Assembly (NCBI GenBank): GCA_002840715.1
Contig: PHBW01000013.1
Location: 203,445-235,444, forward strand
Reading direction: 5' to 3'
Source: Chloroflexi bacterium HGW-Chloroflexi-4
GTDB lineage: Bacteria > Chloroflexota > Anaerolineae > Anaerolineales > Anaerolineaceae
Length of the DNA stretch: 32,000 bases
The notes beneath the pieces are model-generated. The model saw only the letters and a program-made list of their open reading frames with translations, had not been told where the DNA came from and did not search any database. Positions 8,200 to 16,976 of this stretch are shown in pieces. Every line of letters begins with the position of its first letter. Positions within the stretch are counted from its first letter, which is position 1. Position numbers and translations under genes: made by a program.

Positions 8200-9180
8200 T
8201 TAATCCAACTCGTGCTCGAAGTTACCAATCTCTTCTTCCAGGCTGACTTTCTCTGGCTTGCGTTCTTTTTGTCCCAACAGCAGTGAATACATACTGCTGC
8301 CCATGGTTAATGCTGCCCCAATCAAAGTCAACCATGAGGGGAACTGCCCCCACAACAGAAAACCCCAGGTTGTATTGATTGGCAGCGACATATATTCAAA
8401 AGGCGCAACAACGGATGCGCTCGCCAGGCTGTATGCCTTGGCGATAAAGAACATGCCGCCAGCCCAGATGAGCGCCAGACCAAAGATGACTAATAAATCC
8501 AGCCAGTTCGGCATCGTCCAGGCATGAAAGAGGAAGGCAATGCTTGGATCAGCATTTGGCATCGGCCCAATGGCGATCACAATGGGCGCCAGAACGCCTG
8601 AGAAACCCAGGTAAACAAAGGTGCTGAAATAACCCATGGTGGCGCTGCTGTCTGTGGTTTGCAGCTTGCGCGTGACCAAGATCGACATCACATAAAACAA
8701 CACGTTCAGCAAAACAAAAATGGATCCAAGGTTGAAATGAGCCGAATCCGGTCGAATGATGATCAAAACACCAATAAAGCCAACCACCAACGCAATCCAT
8801 TTTTTAAGCGCAACTCTTTCGCCTAAAATCATGACAGATAGAAGAGTGATCATCAGTGGAGTTGAGAACTTGATTGCCGAAATCTCGGCTAATGGCAGCG
8901 ACGCCAGCCCCATGAAGTAGGTCGTGTACGACAGAAAAAGAAATGCCCCTCTCAGTATTTCAAGTTTAGGCTGAGTAGTTTTGGGCAGCCCTCGCTGCCC
9001 TTCCATGCGGTAAAAGATCAAAGTGATGGGAATCGCGATCAACGTTCGCAAAATCACAATTTCCAAAATGGGATAGCTGCCGCCCATCTTTTTAACAGTA
9101 ATATCCTGTAAGGAGAAGATCAAAATCCCCAAAACCAGTGCACCGACCCCTAAAATATTCTTATTGAATTTATTCATCAA
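8200..9180 (-). CDS. EamA/DMT-family transporter (10-TM drug/metabolite exporter type)
   Basis: 326 aa with two ~5-TM halves typical of EamA-domain proteins. It starts 3 nt after the AKR stop codon, implying the same operon. Confidence 0.8.
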   Translation of the reverse strand: MMNKFNKNILGVGALVLGILIFSLQDITVKKMGGSYPILEIVILRTLIAIPITLIFYRMEGQRGLPKTTQPKLEILRGAFLFLSYTTYFMGLASLPLAEISAIKFSTPLMITLLSVMILGERVALKKWIALVVGFIGVLIIIRPDSAHFNLGSIFVLLNVLFYVMSILVTRKLQTTDSSATMGYFSTFVYLGFSGVLAPIVIAIGPMPNADPSIAFLFHAWTMPNWLDLLVIFGLALIWAGGMFFIAKAYSLASASVVAPFEYMSLPINTTWGFLLWGQFPSWLTLIGAALTMGSSMYSLLLGQKERKPEKVSLEEEIGNFEHELD

Positions 9181-9183
9181 ACC

Positions 9184-10549
<1,366 letters not shown>

Positions 10550-10568
10550 ATTTTTTTCCTCCATCAAT

Positions 10569-10599
10569 ACTATAACACCTGGAGTTAGCTCAAAGTCAA
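10569..10599 (-). promoter_or_regulatory. MerR-type promoter with 19-bp spacer for the merR-AKR-EamA operon
   Basis: The minus strand reads TTGACT (10599-10594), a 19-nt spacer ttgagctaactccaggtgt, then TATAGT (10574-10569). An imperfect dyad CTTTGAG-n4-CTCCAGG spans the spacer. An over-long spacer is the hallmark of MerR-activated promoters. Confidence 0.5.
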
Positions 10600-10744
10600 G
10601 GGGTTAATCTTAAAATTATGTGCGGTTTTGTATTTACTATTTCCGAAGTAACTTGCGAATTATTGAGCGAAAGGACTTTCAATAGCCCCTAAAACATGAA
10701 ATCGTCATTGCAAGCGAAACGGTTTTCTATGTCACTGATAAAGA

Positions 10745-10774
10745 TTCACAATAGCTTAACGAAAGACGTATAAT
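10745..10774 (+). promoter_or_regulatory. Sigma-70-like promoter giving a leaderless (or 1-2 nt leader) transcript for the response-regulator operon
   Basis: TTCACA (10745-10750), an 18-nt spacer, then TATAAT (10769-10774). The ATG at 10783 lies 8 nt after the -10 box, and no Shine-Dalgarno sequence is present. Confidence 0.45.
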
Positions 10775-10782
10775 ACTGGCTA

Positions 10783-11472
10783 ATGAAAAAGATTTTAGTA
10801 ATAGATGATGACACATTAATGCGGCGAAGCATGGCTTTCAATCTCGAACAAGCCGGCTATAAAGCTTTTACGGCAGCCAATGCGGAAGATGGGCTTGAAA
10901 TCGTCCGAAAAACCCCGCCCGATCTGGTCTTGCTCGATATCGGTCTGCCAGAGATGGATGGTCTTGATGCCATAAAGCAGATCAAATCCATTTCGCCGAT
11001 TCCGGTCATTTTCGTCACCGCCCGTCGCCGCGAGTTGGACGAAGTGGTAGGTCTCGAACTTGGCGCCGACGATTACATCACCAAACCTTTTGACAACGAC
11101 GTGTTGCTTGCCCATATTAAAGCCGTACTGCGCCGTTCGATACCGGCAGCCGAGATTACAACTTCAAATCCTATTCAAGCGGGTGCCCTGTATATGGACC
11201 CCATCACCCATACCGCCAAATTGGCAGATAAAAACCTCGAGTTGAGTCCTCGCGAATTTGACCTGCTCTACCTGCTCGCCCGAGACCGCAATCAGGTGAA
11301 GTCAACCACAGAGATTCTTGCCCAGGTTTGGGGTGCGGAGTATTATGGTGAACCACAGGTGGTTTATGTGCACATCCGTTGGTTGCGCCAAAAACTTGAG
11401 CTTGATCCAAATCACCCAAAATTGATTCTCACCGTACGCGGCGTGGGGTATAAATTTTCTGGAGGCGAATAA
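10783..11472 (+). CDS. OmpR/PhoB-family response regulator (receiver + winged-helix DNA-binding domain)
   Basis: MKKILVIDDD, LVLLDIGLPEMDG and ITKPF form the receiver. SPREFDLLYLL...VRGVGYKF forms the winged helix. Confidence 0.9.
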   Translation: MKKILVIDDDTLMRRSMAFNLEQAGYKAFTAANAEDGLEIVRKTPPDLVLLDIGLPEMDGLDAIKQIKSISPIPVIFVTARRRELDEVVGLELGADDYITKPFDNDVLLAHIKAVLRRSIPAAEITTSNPIQAGALYMDPITHTAKLADKNLELSPREFDLLYLLARDRNQVKSTTEILAQVWGAEYYGEPQVVYVHIRWLRQKLELDPNHPKLILTVRGVGYKFSGGE

Positions 11473-12905
11473 TGTTTCGCACCATTCAGCGCAGAATGCT
11501 TTTTGGTCAGATCATCGTTTTATTGCTCGTCATGCCGTTAATGGGCGTTCTTTTGATCTTTGGCATTGAGAGCAGCTTCTTGATTCCCAAATTTGCCAAT
11601 ACACTGCTGGGGGATGCCAGACTGCTGGCTGAGATCAGCAGTGCCGAATATGAATTGTGGGGCAATCCCTTCCTCATCGAAAAGTTGATCTCCCGTGTTC
11701 AACTGGATCCCTCAATAAAAGTCATGTTTCTAGATTCTGCCGGCAGACCTCTATACTCCACCGATCCCGCGGATTACACAAATAACATAACAATCAATTC
11801 AACTGGCATCATAAGTGCACAAAGCGGGCAGGAAATAGCCCTGACCTCCTATTCCATCATCCGCATCAAAGACACCTATGTAGATGTTTACGAACCGGTT
11901 TTGGATTCAAGTTTTTCAGTCATCGGCATTGTCAGATTGACCTACCGCGTGGAATCACTGTATCAAATTTTTGATGAATTGCGTTGGCAGATCGCTGTCA
12001 TTGTATTAATCGGACTCATCCTCAGTGGTTTCATCAGCGCCTGGTTGGCCATGCGCATTAGCCGGCCGATCACCAAAGTGACCAACGCCATTTATGATCT
12101 GGCTGTTGGCAGAAGTCACATACCACTTGAAGAAACCGGTCCCGAAGAATTGCAATCTCAGGCGCAAGCTGTCAATTTTCTGGTAGCCCAGTTGGATACA
12201 CACGAAAAATCGAGACGCCAGTTGCTGGCAAACCTGGTACACGAGTTGGGTCGCCCGCTGGGTTCCATCCGTTCTGCCATCCATGCGCTTGAAACTGGCG
12301 CTGACAAAGATCCAGCGTTATACAAAGACCTCACCACCGGTATGGATGCCGAAACCATGCGCCTTCAACGCCTGCTAAACGATCTTTCGCACCTTTATGA
12401 CCAATCAGTAGGTGCGCTGGAACTTGACGTTCAACCCGTCAATATTCACAAGTGGCTGCCGGGAGTATTGCGGCCGTGGCAGGTTTTAGCCCAGGATAAA
12501 GAGCTCACCTGGATTGAAAACCTTGTTCCCGACAGTTCATTGGTCAAAATGGATCCCAACCGCATGGCTCAGGTGGTGGGCAATTTGTTAAGCAACGCCG
12601 TAAAATATACCAAACCAGGCGGCAGCATCAATGTTTCAACGTTAATAATGGAGGACAAATTCCATCTCACCATTCAAGACAATGGCGTTGGCATTCAACC
12701 TGATGAAATTAAAAAAGTATTCCTTCCCTTCTTCAGGGGTGAACAGGGCCGCCGCATCAAACAAGGCATGGGGCTTGGACTTTCCATTGCCAGAGATTTG
12801 ACCAAAGCCCATGGCGGCACGCTTGATGTCACCTCTCAACCAAACGGCGGCAGCACCTTCACTGTTCGATTGCCAATCGACTTAGAGGAGCCAGGAAACG
12901 AATAA
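11472..12905 (+). CDS. Membrane sensor histidine kinase (2 TM, extracytoplasmic domain, HAMP, HisKA, HATPase_c)
   Basis: TAATG overlap with the regulator gene. Motifs present: H-box LVHELGRPL, N-box LLSNAVKYT, G1 DNGVGI and G2 GMGLGLSI. Confidence 0.88.
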   Translation: MFRTIQRRMLFGQIIVLLLVMPLMGVLLIFGIESSFLIPKFANTLLGDARLLAEISSAEYELWGNPFLIEKLISRVQLDPSIKVMFLDSAGRPLYSTDPADYTNNITINSTGIISAQSGQEIALTSYSIIRIKDTYVDVYEPVLDSSFSVIGIVRLTYRVESLYQIFDELRWQIAVIVLIGLILSGFISAWLAMRISRPITKVTNAIYDLAVGRSHIPLEETGPEELQSQAQAVNFLVAQLDTHEKSRRQLLANLVHELGRPLGSIRSAIHALETGADKDPALYKDLTTGMDAETMRLQRLLNDLSHLYDQSVGALELDVQPVNIHKWLPGVLRPWQVLAQDKELTWIENLVPDSSLVKMDPNRMAQVVGNLLSNAVKYTKPGGSINVSTLIMEDKFHLTIQDNGVGIQPDEIKKVFLPFFRGEQGRRIKQGMGLGLSIARDLTKAHGGTLDVTSQPNGGSTFTVRLPIDLEEPGNE

Positions 12906-12944
12906 CTCCTTTCAAAGAATAGACCCTTAATTCCAAAGTTTTGC

Positions 12945-12978
12945 AAAAGAACCTTCTCACCACTAAGGTTCTTTTTTT
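12945..12978 (+). terminator. Rho-independent terminator after the kinase gene
   Basis: The stem gaacctt (12949-12955) pairs with aaggttc (12965-12971) and is extended by A/T pairs. A T7 run at 12972-12978 follows. Confidence 0.6.
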
Positions 12979-12981
12979 ACG

Positions 12982-13001
12982 CCTTAAGGTCACCTTAAGG
13001 T
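12982..13001 (+). promoter_or_regulatory. Tandem direct repeat CCTTAAGGT-n2-CCTTAAGGT overlapping the putative -35 of htrA (candidate response-regulator binding site)
   Basis: CCTTAAGGT occurs at 12982-12990 and 12993-13001, 11 bp apart. A third TAAGGT half-site lies at 12964-12969, 21 bp upstream. The candidate -10 TATGAT at 13013-13018 has a poor -35 (TCACCT) 17 nt upstream. Confidence 0.4.
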
Positions 13002-13045
13002 TGCTATAACCTTATGATAAAGACAAACCAACATGCAAATGGTAT

Positions 13046-13068
13046 CCTCCAATCAACATTATTGGAGG
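13046..13068 (+). promoter_or_regulatory. SD-sequestering hairpin in the htrA 5' UTR (RNA-thermometer-like)
   Basis: CCUCCAAU (13046-13053) pairs perfectly with AUUGGAGG (13061-13068) around a 7-nt loop. The 3' arm contains the only Shine-Dalgarno (GGAGG), 7 nt before ATG 13076. Confidence 0.45.
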
Positions 13069-13075
13069 TATAAAC

Positions 13076-14746
13076 ATGTCCACACGAAAAAAAACTTCAC
13101 TTTCCATCATTCTCATTTTGGCGTTTTCGCTTTCTGCTTGCGGCATCATAACGCCTGATGCCACCCAGGCTGTTCCGCCCCAGGTTGAACAGACCGAATT
13201 GCCACAAGAAGAAACTACAACAACGAACAATTCGGCACCTGTGCTTGAATCGCTTTCAGCTTACCAGGCAGCACTCGAAGAAATCTACAACAAGGTCAAT
13301 CCTTCGGTTGTCAACATTCAAGTGATGCAAAGAGTTCAAATCTCAAATAACACTAACCTTGAGAACCCTTTTGCCAATATCCCTGGTTTTGATTTCTATT
13401 TTGGTTCTCCATCCACACCTGACCAGCAAGAATCAACTCAGGTTAAACAAGCCCTCGGTTCAGGTTTTGTTTGGGACGAAGAAGGTTACATCGTGACAAA
13501 TAACCATGTTGTCGCAAACGCTGACAGGATACAAGTCAAATTCTCGGATGGCACGATTGCCAATGCCAAAGTTGTTGGCACAGACGTTAACAGTGATTTG
13601 GCTGTCATCCAATTGGTTGATTTTTCTGGAGAGCTTAATCCTATTACATCATCCGATTCGACCGAGGTTAGAGTTGGGCAAGTGGCGATCGCCATTGGTA
13701 ACCCCTACGGACTGGAAAACACAATGACTGTCGGAATTGTCAGTGCTGTAGGTCGATCGCTGCCGACAGATCAAACCTCTGCAACCTCTTATACCATCCC
13801 GGATATCATCCAGACCGATGCCCCCATCAACCCAGGTAATTCTGGCGGTGTGCTGGTCAATGATCAAGGTGAACTAATTGGTGTAACGGCAGCCATCGAA
13901 TCCTCCACCGGTTCAAATGCCGGCATCGGCTTTGCCATTCCATCCAGTACGGTCAACAAGGTGATACCCGCTTTGATTAAAACAGGCAAATATGAACACC
14001 CATACCTCGGCCTCACCGGCACTACATTGACCCCTGACCTGACAGCGACCATGGATCTGGAATCCGATTTGCGTGGTGTTTTGGTGATCGCAGTTGCGAA
14101 CGGTGGCCCTGCAGATAAAGCCGGATTGATAGGCAACAGCAAAGAAGTCAACCTCAATGGCATTACAACTAATGTCGGTGGAGACATCATCACTGCCATC
14201 GATGAACAATCGCTCAATTCAATGGAAGATTTGATCTCTTATCTAGCAAGTCATACCGAAGTCGGGGATTCAGTTAAACTCACCATCCTGCGTGATGGCG
14301 TTGAAAAAACCCTTGAAGCTACTGTGATTGCCCGCCCAGGCAGCATTGAGCAGCCTGCCATCAAGAGCAATCCATCATCACAAGACGATGTTTCATCTTT
14401 AGCATGGATGGGAATCTCCGTTACTCCACTTACCTCTGCTCTTGCACAAGAAATGGGATTACCCCAAGAACAAAAAGGCCTTCTGTTGCAGCAAGTTGTC
14501 TCAGGCGGACCGGCTGATCAGGCTGGATTAATCGGCAGTTATAAACCAGTCATTATTAATGGTAAACGCGTCTTAATTGGCGGTGATATTATTACAGCCA
14601 TTGAAGACCAAGCAGTCGCTGCTATCGAAGATCTACAGGCAGTGATTTCCACCAGGTTGTCCGGCGACACCGTGTCATTGACACTTATCCGCAACGGCCA
14701 GGAATTATCAATAGCGGTTACTCTGGCAGAAAAACCGGCCAGTTAA
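13076..14746 (+). CDS. htrA: HtrA/DegP-family serine endopeptidase (S1C) lipoprotein with two PDZ domains
   Basis: Lipobox LSACG. Triad contexts are TNNHVV (His), DLAVIQ (Asp) and GNSGGVL (Ser). Two PDZ-like segments are present (GVLVIAV..GGPADKAGL and GLLLQQV..GGPADQAGL). Confidence 0.92.
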   Translation: MSTRKKTSLSIILILAFSLSACGIITPDATQAVPPQVEQTELPQEETTTTNNSAPVLESLSAYQAALEEIYNKVNPSVVNIQVMQRVQISNNTNLENPFANIPGFDFYFGSPSTPDQQESTQVKQALGSGFVWDEEGYIVTNNHVVANADRIQVKFSDGTIANAKVVGTDVNSDLAVIQLVDFSGELNPITSSDSTEVRVGQVAIAIGNPYGLENTMTVGIVSAVGRSLPTDQTSATSYTIPDIIQTDAPINPGNSGGVLVNDQGELIGVTAAIESSTGSNAGIGFAIPSSTVNKVIPALIKTGKYEHPYLGLTGTTLTPDLTATMDLESDLRGVLVIAVANGGPADKAGLIGNSKEVNLNGITTNVGGDIITAIDEQSLNSMEDLISYLASHTEVGDSVKLTILRDGVEKTLEATVIARPGSIEQPAIKSNPSSQDDVSSLAWMGISVTPLTSALAQEMGLPQEQKGLLLQQVVSGGPADQAGLIGSYKPVIINGKRVLIGGDIITAIEDQAVAAIEDLQAVISTRLSGDTVSLTLIRNGQELSIAVTLAEKPAS

Positions 14747-14770
14747 CATTTCCTCCTCCCTATAGCAATA

Positions 14771-14808
14771 AAACAAAAACAGGTCCACCGATGGACCTGT
14801 TTTTGTTT
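14771..14808. terminator. Bidirectional rho-independent terminator between htrA and the FTR1 gene
   Basis: A perfect 38-nt palindrome, aaacaaaaacaggtcca-ccga-tggacctgtttttgttt, with A/T tracts on both sides. Confidence 0.85.
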
Positions 14809-14824
14809 GCTAAGCATTTGGATA

Positions 14825-15640
14825 TCAATTTATTGGTTTTTTGGGTAATCGTTTGATCAAAAACATCATTATCAACACCAGATAGTACCCAAAATAGGCG
14901 ATAACCATTGTTAGTGAAGGTTCACTCTTGTATCCAACCATGGCTTTAAGCAGTTGTCCCAGAGTGGATTGCTCTGACAGGATGGGATTAAGATTCCAAA
15001 CAGGCTCAATCACTGCCGGAACCCAGCCCAATTCATTCAACTCATGGACTGCCATGCCAACCAGTCCAGCCGCAAACAATGCCAAAAGAATATTTGTTAT
15101 TTGAAAGAAGCGGTTAAGACTTAATTTCCTTGTCGAGGAAAAAACAAGCATCCCCACCACAATGGCGGTGATAATACCCAAAAAAGCTCCCAAATAAGTT
15201 TGTCCTGGGTCTATTTCAAGCCTGATTGCCAGTAAAAATAAAGCCAGTTCAATCCCCTCACGCACCACGGCTAAAAATGCCAAACCGAATAATGCTCCTG
15301 AGCTCTGTCTTGCAAGTGACTGTTTTACATTCTGCTCTATCCGATCATTCATCGCGCCAGATTGTTTGCGCACCCAAAAAACCATCCAGGTTAAGATTCC
15401 CGCTGCCAGCAGCATGGCCGCTGCTTCAAAAATCTCTTCACCTCGACCTTCAAATTCCAATCCAATCTGATTAAGAACAAGTGCCGCGATAAAACTTACC
15501 AGTGCACCACAAAAAACTCCCAACCAGACATTCCGACCAAGTTGTTTCTGATCGATTTTTACCAATACACCGAGAACTATTCCTATTACAAGCGCTGCTT
15601 CCAATCCCTCACGTAACGCTAATAAAAAACCAGGCAACAT
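14825..15640 (-). CDS. FTR1/EfeU-family high-affinity iron permease
   Basis: Two REXXE motifs are present (REGLE aa 10-14, REGIE aa 127-131) with ~7 TM segments. AGGAG lies 10 nt upstream of the ATG. Confidence 0.85.
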   Translation of the reverse strand: MLPGFLLALREGLEAALVIGIVLGVLVKIDQKQLGRNVWLGVFCGALVSFIAALVLNQIGLEFEGRGEEIFEAAAMLLAAGILTWMVFWVRKQSGAMNDRIEQNVKQSLARQSSGALFGLAFLAVVREGIELALFLLAIRLEIDPGQTYLGAFLGIITAIVVGMLVFSSTRKLSLNRFFQITNILLALFAAGLVGMAVHELNELGWVPAVIEPVWNLNPILSEQSTLGQLLKAMVGYKSEPSLTMVIAYFGYYLVLIMMFLIKRLPKKPIN

Positions 15641-15911
15641 AATTATTTCGCTCCTAATTAAGACAATATTTATCTTATTTTATCATATTATTGATTTCAT
15701 TAATTAATGCAGACAAGGCAATTTAAAAATCAAACGCATTCATCGAAATTTAACTTCAAGTTTATTGACAGACGATGGATTTTGAACCAATAATAATAAT
15801 ATTAATGTTTTTAAGAATTACTGTTACCTTCATTTAGACACCATCGAATAATGGTAATTCCTATTTATATGCAGCTATTGAGAAATTGTGTTGTTTATCA
15901 GGTAGGTCTTT

Positions 15912-16967
15912 ATGAAGAAAAAGATGGTGATAAGGTTCTTGATCATATTAATTTTTCTCTCCGGTTTTCTGGGTGCCTGCCAAACACCAGCCGCTCCCAC
16001 CCCCAAATCTTCATTAACAAAAATTGTATTCATTCCCAAGTTAACTGGTGTTGGTTTTTTCGAATCTGGCGGTAAAGGTGCACTGGAAATGGGTGAACAA
16101 TTGGGCATCACTGTAACTTATGATGGCCCGAACGCTCCCAGTGTGAATGGCCAGATTGAATACATACAAAAATATATGGACGCCGATTACGATGCCATCG
16201 TGATCTCGTCTTTATCTCCAGATGGTTTGTGCGAAATATTGACCGAAGCCATGGAAAATGGGACGGTGGTTCTAACATGGGATTCAGATGTAAACCCGGA
16301 GTGCCGTTTATATTATATTAATCAAGGTACTCCCGTTCAGTTGGGAAGAATGTTGGTCGGAATGGTCGCAGACCAAATGAACAACCCCAAATCATCACAG
16401 AATGTTGCCTTCTTTTACTCAAGCCCAACAGTTACTGACCAGAATCAATGGGTAAGTGTAGCAAAAGCAATCATTGCAACAGAGTATCCTTCATGGAATA
16501 TCGTGACCACCCAGTATGGATACCAGAATGTCGAAAAATCACTTGAAACAGCCACGAATATTTTTACAGCATACCCCGATTTGGATGCCATCATTTGCCC
16601 TGATGCCAATGCTCTCCCTGCCGCTGCTGAGGCTGCCGAAAAACTTGGCATTGATGAAAAAGTGATAATTACCGGGTTTTCAACACCCAACGTTATGCGC
16701 CCGTTTGTAAAAAATGGAACCGTCAATCGTTTTGGTTTATGGGATGTGGTTGAACAAGGAAAACTCTCCATCTTTATCGCGAATGAGCTGATTAATGGTC
16801 GCAAGTTTTCCATTGGCGAAAAAGTTGAAGTCTCTGGAATAGGAACTGTTGTAATTTCATCCAACAAAGTACAAGGCTATGAATATGAAAGCGTTGGAAA
16901 TGGAATAATTTTGCTGCCTGACCGTGTCATTTTTAACAATAGCAATATTGATGATTTTGATTTCTAA
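15912..16967 (+). CDS. lsrB: LsrB-family periplasmic-binding-fold lipoprotein (autoinducer-2 / furanosyl-signal binding protein type)
   Basis: Lipobox LSGFLGAC. Long colinear motif agreement with enterobacterial LsrB as I recall it: [137 protein letters not shown]. Confidence 0.85.
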   Translation: MKKKMVIRFLIILIFLSGFLGACQTPAAPTPKSSLTKIVFIPKLTGVGFFESGGKGALEMGEQLGITVTYDGPNAPSVNGQIEYIQKYMDADYDAIVISSLSPDGLCEILTEAMENGTVVLTWDSDVNPECRLYYINQGTPVQLGRMLVGMVADQMNNPKSSQNVAFFYSSPTVTDQNQWVSVAKAIIATEYPSWNIVTTQYGYQNVEKSLETATNIFTAYPDLDAIICPDANALPAAAEAAEKLGIDEKVIITGFSTPNVMRPFVKNGTVNRFGLWDVVEQGKLSIFIANELINGRKFSIGEKVEVSGIGTVVISSNKVQGYEYESVGNGIILLPDRVIFNNSNIDDFDF

Positions 16968-16976
16968 CGAGAGTTT

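Noticed and set aside
10704-10718. gtcattgcaagcgaa resembling the head of the GIY-YIG-associated repeat
   Set aside because: It is only a short, imperfect match without the gaagcaatcccc tail or a partner copy. It is possibly a decayed relic but cannot be supported.
15665-15710. Fur-box-like AT-rich sequence and a 12-bp palindrome cattaattaatg upstream of the FTR1 gene
   Set aside because: The match to the GATAATGATAATCATTATC consensus is poor. It cannot be distinguished from background in a ~75% AT region. I am not confident enough to call an operator.
16445-16867. 140-aa minus-strand ORF inside the lsrB-like gene
   Set aside because: Antisense shadow ORF; the plus-strand product has full-length family similarity. 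I applied the same reasoning to 24207-24638, 26354-26806, 28244-28636, 9361-9813 and 13864-14217.
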